Shown: positions 34,612-43,569 of the stretch, piece by piece
Layout of the letters: every line of letters starts with the position of its first letter
Position numbering within the stretch: the first letter of the stretch is position 1
Assembly (NCBI GenBank): GCA_965240325.2
Contig: OZ251226.1
Location: 2,790,001 to 2,854,000 of the forward strand
DNA from: Rebecca billardiae RCC1528
Lineage: Eukaryota; Protista; Haptophyta
DNA: 64,000 nt
Direction of reading: 5' to 3'
The notes under the pieces: generated by a model
Database searches by the model: none
What the model saw: only the letters and a program-made list of their open reading frames with translations
Told to the model about the DNA's origin: nothing
Position numbers and translations under genes: made by a program

Positions 34612-34842
34612 GCTTCGCGGCGGCGCGAGGGGCGCGAGCCCGTCGTGCTGCAAGGCCACGGGAGCCACGTCCGCGTGGCGATGACGACGATTTCGAGCGC
34701 AGATCGAATGCGCCCTTTTATTTGATGGCTTTTTTTTCGCTGCGCGCGTGATTTCAACACCGCCCCGGCCGGACCGGACGGTGGGAAGGCTGGTTCTTGA
34801 GCCTGTTGTTGCTGGCAACCGCGCGGCGGCCGTGAGGGGCTC

Positions 34843-35784
34843 ATGCTGCCGGCCCCCCGCGACGAGTGCTCGCCCCCGGCGGCAGTCTCGGGCGATGGAG
34901 TGAGCGAGAGCAATCACGACAGCGCGGCAGACGTGTCGCCATTCATCCTCTTGCGCGAGGACGAGCTGCGCGCCGTCATCGCCGCCGTTGACGAGGAGGA
35001 GCACCTGTACATCTCGCTGGCGTGCAAGTTGCTGCGCAGGGTCGTGCGCGCCCATCACAGCGGCCGATCGCTCATCACGCCAGTCTCGACGGCGCTCGAG
35101 ACGGCCTCGCGCGTTGTATTTGCCGAGAGGCTGGGCTGCCCGCTGGACGCATGCGTCGCCGCGGCCGCCGCGAGCGGCAACACGAGCGCGCTCGCCTTGC
35201 TGCGCGACCGGCATGGCTGCGTGCTCGACGAGATGACATGCGTCGCGGCGGCCGCGGCGGGGAACGTCGAGTCGCTCGCGTGGCTGCACGAGCAGAAGGT
35301 GCCCTGGGACGACCGCACGTGGCACGCCGCTGCCGCTGGCGGGCACGTCGAGGCGCTCCAGTTTGCGCGCGCGTACCGGCTGCACCTGCTGGACGTCGAG
35401 GGCTGCGACCGCGCGGCGGGCGGCGGCCACCTCGCCGCTCTGGCGTGGCTGCGCAGCATCGGCTGCCCGTGGGGCGTGTTCACGGGCATCGCCGCTGCGA
35501 GCGGGGGGCACGCGCAGATCCTGCGCTGGCTCCACGCGCATGGCTTCATGTGGTGGGGTGTCGCGACGTTTGAGGCGGCTGCGCGCTCGGGCTCGCTCGA
35601 GGCTGTGCGCACGCTGACGGACATCGGCTGCCCGTGCGGGCTGAGCGCACGGCGCGCGGCGGCCGAGTGCGGGCACGACGAGATCGTCGCGTGGCTCGAT
35701 GCGGGACGCCATGGCGGGGAGGCCGCTGCGCCACCCGCCGTGCAGCAGCCGCTGCCGCTGCTGGGCGTGCACGCATTGGAATGA
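34843..35784 (+). CDS. Ankyrin-repeat protein of the giant-virus-like GCPW type, with an F-box-like N-terminus
   Basis: Repeats of AAxxGHxxxLxWLxxxGCPW. N-terminal LYISLACKLLR. Confidence 0.85.
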   Translation: MLPAPRDECSPPAAVSGDGVSESNHDSAADVSPFILLREDELRAVIAAVDEEEHLYISLACKLLRRVVRAHHSGRSLITPVSTALETASRVVFAERLGCPLDACVAAAAASGNTSALALLRDRHGCVLDEMTCVAAAAAGNVESLAWLHEQKVPWDDRTWHAAAAGGHVEALQFARAYRLHLLDVEGCDRAAGGGHLAALAWLRSIGCPWGVFTGIAAASGGHAQILRWLHAHGFMWWGVATFEAAARSGSLEAVRTLTDIGCPCGLSARRAAAECGHDEIVAWLDAGRHGGEAAAPPAVQQPLPLLGVHALE

Positions 35785-36043
35785 CCGGACTGGCAAGCGT
35801 TTCACCTGCTGTAGAGTCTGGTCGCCGCGTACCGACGCACTCCGATGACAGTGCCCGTCGCCGCCGCTTTGACATGCTACTTCATGTACGCGATGGCCCT
35901 GCGCGGCAGGTGGCCTCTGGCGCCTGACAGCCTTTGCAGGCTAGTCATCATCAATGAATGACGCACGAGTAGCTGGTTAAGTCACTAGACACTACTCACC
36001 CGGATCAGAATTCCTGGAAGAGATGTCAAGTAGTTTGCCAGTT

Positions 36044-36085
36044 AGAGAGAGAGAGAGAGAGAGACGAGAGAGAGAGAGAGAGAGA
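36044..36085. repeat. (GA)n microsatellite
   Basis: AG dinucleotide run with one interruption. Confidence 0.95.
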
Positions 36086-36461
36086 GGCATTATGAGCTAC
36101 TTAGTAAGCGCTGACTAATAATTCACTCGATCCGGATTTATGATTTATAAAGACCCGACAGTGCATGAGTGGCGGGCCGACACTGCACGCGCGCGCGGCC
36201 ACGAGGGCGCAGACTCTAGAGCTCCTGCCTCCTGAGTCCTGATCGTCTATCGTGGTACTTCCGTGGGCCTCAGAAGCTTGTACTCAGTGCAGCAGTGGTG
36301 ACAGTGTGACTCTGTGTGAGCACGTTCAGATCGGTTGGTCCGGCCAGGGTTGATGTTGTTGTCGTCCGGTCGACGACGACGTCGTCAGGCCCGCCAGGAA
36401 GTGCATGCGGGGTACCAAGTCAAAGACGGGTGAGCATGTTGGTGTCGGCAAGGGTGTCCGG

Positions 36462-36596
36462 CCTACTTGGTCAGCAGCTGGTGGATGATGTCGTCGCCTA
36501 CTAGTACTTGGACTTGGTCAGCGGCTGGTCATGCCTCATGGACGTCATGGTGGATGATGTTGTAGCCTACTTGGTCAGCAGCTGGTGGATGATGTT
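36462..36596. repeat. Short direct repeat CCTACTTGGTCAGCAGCTGGTGGATGATGT (2 full copies plus partials)
   Basis: Copies at ~36462 and ~36567, with a partial copy at ~36512. Confidence 0.7.
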
Positions 36597-36966
36597 CATG
36601 TTGTGGCCGTCGTCGTTGTTAGTCGTAGTAGTTGAAATAACGTGATGGTTACAGTATAGTCGTCGTCAGTAGTGCCCGCGCGCTGCGGGCTCCCCGCGCT
36701 GACACTACCGCCGTGACGCTGCGTGCACGCGCGCTCGGCGGGCGTCCCGCCGTCCGGCTCACGCGGCTGACCACCGGGCCACCGGGCTGGCACACACCCT
36801 GCAGGCCGCAGGCCATGATATATATATATATTTTTTTCATCGATGATCATCATATCAAAAAAGCGCTGATGATGATGGCGGCTTATGATTCTACTACGCT
36901 AGCAGCTGTACTCGCTACGCTCGTCGATCAGTCGAGCTTGATGGATCCCATCGCTCATCATCAGTC

Positions 36967-37956
36967 TCACTCGAGGCGCAGCGGCTTGCCCGGTGATACC
37001 GCCACGACCTGAGCGCCAACCCCGGCCTCGTCGAGCAGCCGCTCGAACTCGCCGGGGGAGCCAACTGACTGCACGATCGCCGCTGCGACGCCCGTCGCAT
37101 CGATGTCGCCGTTCGCCATCGGGAGCACCCAGCGCGGCCGCAGCGTCTGGACCAGCCGCGCCGCGTCCGCGGGGCCGTGCACGAGCTCAAAGGCAGGCAG
37201 GCCCTGGCCGGAGATCGGCGTGATCGCCACGTCAACGGGGGCGAGCGCGCGGAGCTCAGCCGCGTCGAACTCGACGTGCGGCTCGTAGTAGGCGGAGAAG
37301 TCCGACGACTCGTCGCGCAAGACGTAGCCATTCTCCCGCGCCTGCCACGGTGGGCCGACAAGCGCGCCCGACGTGGCGCGAATGCGGAGCTCGCCACCGC
37401 CCGCGCCACGCAGGACGCGCGCGTCGCCGGGGGAGAGGTACCGGACCTGCGAGGGCTGGAAGTGCTTCTCGAGCGCGGCGCGCGCGGATGGCGGCGCGAC
37501 GATGGGCGCGGTGCACCCAGCCGCCGCAAGCGCGCCCAACGTGGCGTCGTGCGCGTGGTCGTCCAGCCCCTGTGAGATCAGAATGGCGTCCAGGGCGGGC
37601 AGCGCGCGCACGAGGCCGCGCCTGGGCAGCACGCGCTTCGACGCAGAGTAGACGGCGGGAGGGAGGCCAAAGTCGAGCGGGCCCTCGAGGATGGGGTCGA
37701 CGAGCACCGTCAGCCCGCCGAGCGAGATCAGCCAGCAGTTGATCTCGAGGTAGGTGGCGACAAACGTCGCACTGCCAAGCGCATGGGTGGCGGCGGCGAG
37801 CGGGCTGGGCGCTGCGGCTGAGGCGCGCAGCCGCGCCACTCGCTTGATTTGTGAACGCGTCCATGCCGCGCCACGCGCCGCCACAGCCGCCTCGGCGGGC
37901 AGCGCGCTGAGCGCCATCAAAAGCGCAGCAACGAGAGCTCGAAGCATCGGCGCCAT
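36967..37956 (-). CDS. MBL-fold metallo-hydrolase (Lactamase_B_3-like), likely plastid-targeted
   Basis: TYLEINCWLI, VLVDPIL, ILISQGLDDHAH, GPPWQARENGY and YYEPH motifs, plus a signal peptide. Confidence 0.88.
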   Translation of the reverse strand: MAPMLRALVAALLMALSALPAEAAVAARGAAWTRSQIKRVARLRASAAAPSPLAAATHALGSATFVATYLEINCWLISLGGLTVLVDPILEGPLDFGLPPAVYSASKRVLPRRGLVRALPALDAILISQGLDDHAHDATLGALAAAGCTAPIVAPPSARAALEKHFQPSQVRYLSPGDARVLRGAGGGELRIRATSGALVGPPWQARENGYVLRDESSDFSAYYEPHVEFDAAELRALAPVDVAITPISGQGLPAFELVHGPADAARLVQTLRPRWVLPMANGDIDATGVAAAIVQSVGSPGEFERLLDEAGVGAQVVAVSPGKPLRLE

Positions 37957-38453
37957 CGCTCACCCTCCTGAAGGTTCGCCGGCCGTTTAATCATCAAAGG
38001 ACCTTTGGTTAATTGCCGCCTGTCTGTCATCCATCAGTCATTAGGCTGTCCGACTCTACACTGCTGTGTAGAGTCGGACGGACAGCCTAACTTTGACGGC
38101 ATTCCCCGTACAGTAGCCAGTCAGACAGCCCCCGTAGCCAGCGGAGGGGGGGCGGACAGGCGAATCAGTCATCATCGGACGACTTGCAACTGCTGAAAAC
38201 TTGGCCTTGCTAAAACTTCGCCTTGCATGACGATGCCCACCTGCCGCCACCCCGTCCTGATCGGCCGGCCGGCGGCAGACTCTCAGCCACTCGAACCGCA
38301 GGCCTGTCCGCCGGCCGAGTCTGTATAGTAAATAGTCTCAGACTGAATGACACTCGTGACACTCGTAGACTACTCACGAGCCCGTCTGCACCGCCTGTGA
38401 TAGTGCCTGATCCAGATGTTGCCGCTGCTCGAACTACTGGTAACCGACTACGG

Positions 38454-40505
38454 CTACGACACGACAGCGGGCGCAGAGTCCGCGGCAGGGGCTTCCCCTG
38501 CTGCCTGTGCTGCGCACCACGCGTGGCAGTGGGGCCTGTGCACCTTCCACGAGCTGCGCTGGTGCTCAGGCGAGCAGAAGACCGCCACGTGGCACCGCTC
38601 GCACCTTTTCAGACCACGGCCTGTCCATCCGCATGTGATGCAGCACTGGGAGACCACCTCGCGCTCTCCAGCTGCCTTGGCCAGCACATCGCACACCGTC
38701 TCTCTGAGGTCTGGATCGAGCTCTTGGCCACGGCGCAGCAGCGCCGCGCCCTCCTCCACGTCACGCTCCACCACCTCACTCTGCACACCCCGCAGCGCCA
38801 GCCAACCCAGCGAGATGTGGGCACGTGGGTACCCGCCATCAGCAGCCAAGCGGAACCAGCGCATTGCCTCGCCCCAGTCCTGCCGCACACCATCGCCTTG
38901 CGCGTAGCACGTGCCCAGATTGTGTTGCGCCCCAGCGTTGCCCTGCTCGGCCGACAGCCGATACCAGCGCACTGCCTCGCCCTGGTCCTGCTGCACACCC
39001 TCGCCGTGCGCGTAGCACCAGCCCAGTTTGTGCCGCGCTTCAGCATGGCCCTGCTCGGCCGCCAGTCGTTGCCAGCGCACTGCCTCGCCCCAGTCCTGCT
39101 GCACACCCTCGCCGTGCGCGTAGCACACGCCCAGACTGTGCTGTGATTGAGCTTCGCCCTGCTCGGCGGCCAGCCAGTACCTGCGCGCCGCCTCGCCCCA
39201 ATCCTGCTGCACACCCTCGCCTTGCGCGTAGCGCCAGCCCAGAGCGCACAGTGCGCTAGCATAGCCCTGCTCGGCCGCCAGACGGTACCAGCGCTTCGCC
39301 TGGTCCAAATCCTGTCGGACACCATGGCCTTGCGCGTAGCACACGCCCAAATTGAACTGTGATCGAGCATCGCCCTGCTCGGCGGCCAGCCGGTACCAGC
39401 GCACCGCCTCGCCCCAGTCCTGCTGCACGCCCTCGCCGTGCGCGTAGCACTGGGCCAGATGGCACTGCGCTTCAGCATAGCCCTGCGCAGCCGCCAGACG
39501 GTACCAGCGCGCTGCCTCGCCCCAGTCCTGCTGCACACCCTCGCCTTGCGCGTAGCGCGCTCCCAGATGGAACTGTGATTGAGCTTCGCCCTGCTCGGCG
39601 GCCAGCCGGTACCAGCGCGCCGCCTCGCCCCAATCCTGCTGCACACCCTCGCCGTGCGCGTAGCACACGCCCAAATTGAACTGTGATCGAGCATCGCCCT
39701 GCTCGGCGGCCAGCCGGTACCAGCGCGCCGCCTCGCCCCAGTCCTGCTGCACGCCCTCGCCGTGCGCATAGCACTGGGCCAGATGGCACTGCGCTTCAGC
39801 ATAGCCCTGCTCAGCCGCCAGACGGTACCAGCGCGCTGCCTCGCCCCAGTCCTGCTGCACACCCTCGCCTTGCGCGTAGCGCGCTCCCAGATGGAACTGC
39901 GATTGAGCTTCGCCCTGCTCGGCGGCCAGCCGGTACCAGCGCACCGCCTCGCCCCAGTCCTGCTGCACGCCCTCGCCGTGCGCATAGCACTGGGCCAGAT
40001 GGCACTGCGCTTCAGCATAGCCCTGCTCAGCCGCCAGACGGTACCAGCGCGCTGCCTCGCCCCAGTCCTGCTGCACACCCTCGCCTTGCGCGTAGCGCGC
40101 TCCCAGATGGAACTGCGATTGAGCTTCGCCCTGCTCGGCGGCCAGCCGGTACCAGCGCACCGCCTCGCCCCAGTCCTGCTGCACACCCGCGCCTTGCTCG
40201 TAGCACACGCTCAAGTTGTGCTGCGCTGGAGCATAGCCCTGCTCAGCCCCCAGCCGGTACCAGCGCGCGGCTGCCTCGAGGTCCACGGGCTGACCAAGCT
40301 TGCCTGCAAGGCAGATATCGCCCATGCGCAGGTGCGCATCGGCAAAGCCGCGCTCGGCGGCGAGGGTGTACAGGCGAACGGCTTCGCGCTCGTCCTGCGC
40401 GATGCCGTCGCCATACTCAACCCGCTGCGCCAGAAGGAACGTCGCACGCGCGTCGCCGCGCCCCGACTTGCGCTGGAGGATCCTGACCCCCGCTTCCGCC
40501 GACAT
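38454..40505 (-). CDS. Sel1-like repeat protein with a C-terminal MYND zinc finger
   Basis: About 16 SLR units. The 13 units at 40235-38832 form a near-identical 108-bp array. MYND finger CITC..CERC..FCSPEHQRSSW..HRPHC. Confidence 0.92.
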   Translation of the reverse strand: MSAEAGVRILQRKSGRGDARATFLLAQRVEYGDGIAQDEREAVRLYTLAAERGFADAHLRMGDICLAGKLGQPVDLEAAARWYRLGAEQGYAPAQHNLSVCYEQGAGVQQDWGEAVRWYRLAAEQGEAQSQFHLGARYAQGEGVQQDWGEAARWYRLAAEQGYAEAQCHLAQCYAHGEGVQQDWGEAVRWYRLAAEQGEAQSQFHLGARYAQGEGVQQDWGEAARWYRLAAEQGYAEAQCHLAQCYAHGEGVQQDWGEAARWYRLAAEQGDARSQFNLGVCYAHGEGVQQDWGEAARWYRLAAEQGEAQSQFHLGARYAQGEGVQQDWGEAARWYRLAAAQGYAEAQCHLAQCYAHGEGVQQDWGEAVRWYRLAAEQGDARSQFNLGVCYAQGHGVRQDLDQAKRWYRLAAEQGYASALCALGWRYAQGEGVQQDWGEAARRYWLAAEQGEAQSQHSLGVCYAHGEGVQQDWGEAVRWQRLAAEQGHAEARHKLGWCYAHGEGVQQDQGEAVRWYRLSAEQGNAGAQHNLGTCYAQGDGVRQDWGEAMRWFRLAADGGYPRAHISLGWLALRGVQSEVVERDVEEGAALLRRGQELDPDLRETVCDVLAKAAGEREVVSQCCITCGWTGRGLKRCERCHVAVFCSPEHQRSSWKVHRPHCHAWCAAQAAGEAPAADSAPAVVS

Positions 40506-40560
40506 GAGAGCGGACCGCTTCTCCGCGGTATGAACCCCGCCGCCCAATACTGTACGGTAC

Positions 40561-40852
40561 TGTGCGTCTCTTATTCTTAGTAAACTGTACGACCGCCGTC
40601 CGCCGTATTGTCGTAACTTTACGTATCCTACAGCTTGTAACTAGCGGCGGAAAGATTGACGCCCGCCCGCCAACTGTCACCTTCTCGCCTGCCTGAGCTG
40701 TGTGCGTCTCTTATATTCTTAGTCAACTGTATCAGAGTCTGAGTCAGTCTTGTATGATGTACCATCGGCGACGGCTTCATGGGCGGTGACAGTTGGCGGG
40801 CGTCAATCTGCCTGCCTGAGCTGTGTTCTCTAATATTCTTAGTAAACTGTAC
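40561..40852. repeat. Three ~30-bp direct repeats with an inverted 24-28-bp segment between them
   Basis: TGTG..TCTCT..TTCTTAGT.AACTGTA at 40561, 40701 and 40822. GATTGACGCCCGC..CAACTGTCACC (40654-40681) versus GGTGACAGTTGGCGGGCGTCAATC (40785-40808). Confidence 0.8.
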
Positions 40853-40889
40853 CGCCTTGATTTATTAGAGGCGGATTGAATCCTCGCTC

Positions 40890-43538
40890 CTAGTCGTATC
40901 GCGGCGAGTTGGCCGCCGACGAGTTTCGCGAGTTGTTGATGCGCGCGGCGAGGTCGGCGGCCGCGTTGGGCACGGCGGCGGCGCGCTGCACAATCTCCAT
41001 GTAGTTCTCCGGCAGCAGCTCGTCCGCGTGCACGTTGGTGTGCTCATGCCGCTGCAGCAGGTCGGTGAGCGCCTTGGCGTGCTCGCGCACCCAGCGGCGC
41101 GCGCTCTCGTCGGGCCGGTGCACGAGCACACGCGCAATGTTGTGCTGCGTGAGCGGCTTGAGACGGTCGCTCTCGGGCGCGGTGCCAAAGCGCGTGATCA
41201 GCCCGTCGGAGGAGACCTCGAAGAGCGAGAGCAGCGCGTGCAGCCGGCGCGTGACCATCTCGACGAGCTCCTCCGGCAGGCCCTGCGAGGAGGCGCGCGG
41301 CGCGCGGGCCGGCCGCCCCGAGCGCGCCGCTCAGCGGGAGGGCGGTGCGGTGCGGTGCGGTGGCGGCGCGCGCGTCCGCGCGCGCGGCGCGGCGTGCGGC
41401 GTGCGCGACGGCGCGCACCTGCGCCACGCCCCGCTCGTCGCGCGCGATGAAGAAGGCGCAGAGCGCCTCCGCGTCCGCTCGCAGCACGGGCGCGTCCGCG
41501 GACGTGAACACGCGCAGGTCGCCTGCGGGGCGCGGCGAGGTGCGGGCGCGCGGTGTGAGCGCGCCGCGCTCGCGCGCGCGCGCGTCCGAGCGTGCGCGCG
41601 CGCGCGCGCGCGCGCACGCGCGCACCGCCGTCGAGCAGCACGCGCTCGTAGACGCTGACCGCGCCGCAGCACAGGCCGAGGATGCAGTTCACGCGCGCGA
41701 CGGGCTCGGTGACCAGCGCGCACACCTCCTCGAGCGAGGGCGAGAGCAGCTCGTGCAGCCGCGCGCGCAGCGCGCCCTCGCGCACGCCGACCGGCTGCGC
41801 GTGCAGCCCCTCCAGCAGCCGCTCGCGCGTGTCAACAAAGCACACGCGCGTGCCGAGGTGCGCGGCGATCTCGCGCGCGCAGAGGCGGAGCGTGCCGTCG
41901 GACGCGCGGAGCAGCGTGCTCGCGTACCGCTGCCCCGTGCGCGGGTCCGCCTCGTCCTCGATCCGCAGCTCCGCCCAGCGGCCGATCACGAGGCCGCGCA
42001 GCTCGGCGAGCGAGGCGTGCGCAAACACAAGCGAGTTGATGCGCACGCACAGCTGGCGCACGGACACGCGCGCGGCGGCGGTGGAGCGGCGCGAGGCCTC
42101 GCGCGCGGCGGCGGCGGTGGCGCCGGGCGCGAGGCCGTCGGCGCCGCCCGCGCCGAGCGGCGCCATCCCCGCCATCTGCGGCATCTGCGGCATCTGCGGC
42201 ATCTGCGGCAGCGCGGGCATCGTCACGCGCACCGCGTCGCCCGCGCGCTTGAGCGTGCCGCGCGCCTTGTCGACCAGCAGCAGCTCCGGCCGCGGCTTGG
42301 GCGGGAGGAGGCGCGCGCGCGGGCCGAGCTGCTGCAGCATGCGGTTGGCGTACTGGTTGCAGATCAGGTCGGCCACGCGGCACACGTCGTGCGACCACTC
42401 CGCCGAGTGCGGCAGCGGCATCGAGAGGAACGCCCGGATCGTCTGGATGAAGAGCGAGAACAAGTCCACCACCGACGCGGCGTGCCAGCCGGCCGCGCCC
42501 GTCTCGTCGAGCGGCGCCCACGACTCCTCGGCGACGAGGAGCTGGAGGCGCGTGTGGAAGCGCGCGGACTGGTAGTTGATCCACTCGCGCGCGAGCGGCT
42601 CGAGCAGCGTGCGCGCCGGCAGCAGCGGCGCGTCGCGCGCGCCGTGCGCCATCAGCAGCGCGTCCAGCGACTCAAGCGCCGGCCAGAGCGGCAGCGAGCG
42701 CTCGAGCGCCTCCACCTGCTCCTCCGCGCGGCCGGCGCGCGGCGCGACGCCGGCGTCGACGGCGGCGCCGAGCTTGCGCAGCGAGGCGGCGGCGAGGCGG
42801 GCGTACGCGCCGGCGAAGAGCGCGAGCGGCACCGCCACCGCCGACGTGCGCGCCTCCGCGTCCGCCGCGCCGCCGCCCGCGCCCGTGTGCGCGCCGCCCG
42901 GCCCGGCCGCGCCGCCGCCGCCCACTGACGCAGCAAACGCGACGGCGCGCGCGCGCGGCGACTGCGGCGGCGGCGCGGCGGCGGGCGCGGCGGCGGCGCT
43001 CGACGCGCGCTTGACCGCGGGCGCGACGTACGGCTGCAGCGTCGGCCCAAAGTACCGCGCCTCCAGCACCGCCGCCTCGCCCAGCTGCGCCGTGAGCTCG
43101 GCAAGAGATTCTATTTCGAGCGGCGACGGCTCGTGCGCCAGCAGCCGGCGCAGCAGCGCGGCTGACGAGTCGCGCGCGCAGCACAGCAGCTCGGCGGAGA
43201 GCGCGGCGGCGGCGGGCTCGGGCGCGGGCGACCACGCCGCCGCCGCCGCCGCCGCCGCGCCGTTCGCGTCCGCGACGCCCGCCTCGATCGCCGCGTCCAC
43301 CGACGCGCCCGCCTCGAGCTGCGCGCGCCACGCGTCGCGCACCGCGCTCGCCTCGGCCAGCTTGGCGCGCGCCTTCGCCGCCTGCTGCTCGGAGACGGGC
43401 ACGCGCGCGAGGGCGGCCGCGGCCGCGCCCGCGCCGACGGCGCTCAGCTTGAGCGGCGGCGCCGCTGCTCCGCCGCCGTTCGCGCCCGCCTGACCGCCCG
43501 CACCCGCCGGCCCGTTGCCGCGCGGCGGCGGCGGCGGC

Positions 43539-43569
<31 letters not shown>

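Noticed and set aside
34612-35805. First ~398 aa of the 1800-aa ORF upstream of the Derlin Met
   Set aside because: Antisense to the ankyrin gene and its promoter; Derlin similarity starts at MPIKIAELPPFT (34611).
40561-40852. CRISPR-like repeat-spacer appearance (also 14947-15233)
   Set aside because: Eukaryotic context, only three degenerate repeats, spacers long and related to each other, and no cas genes.
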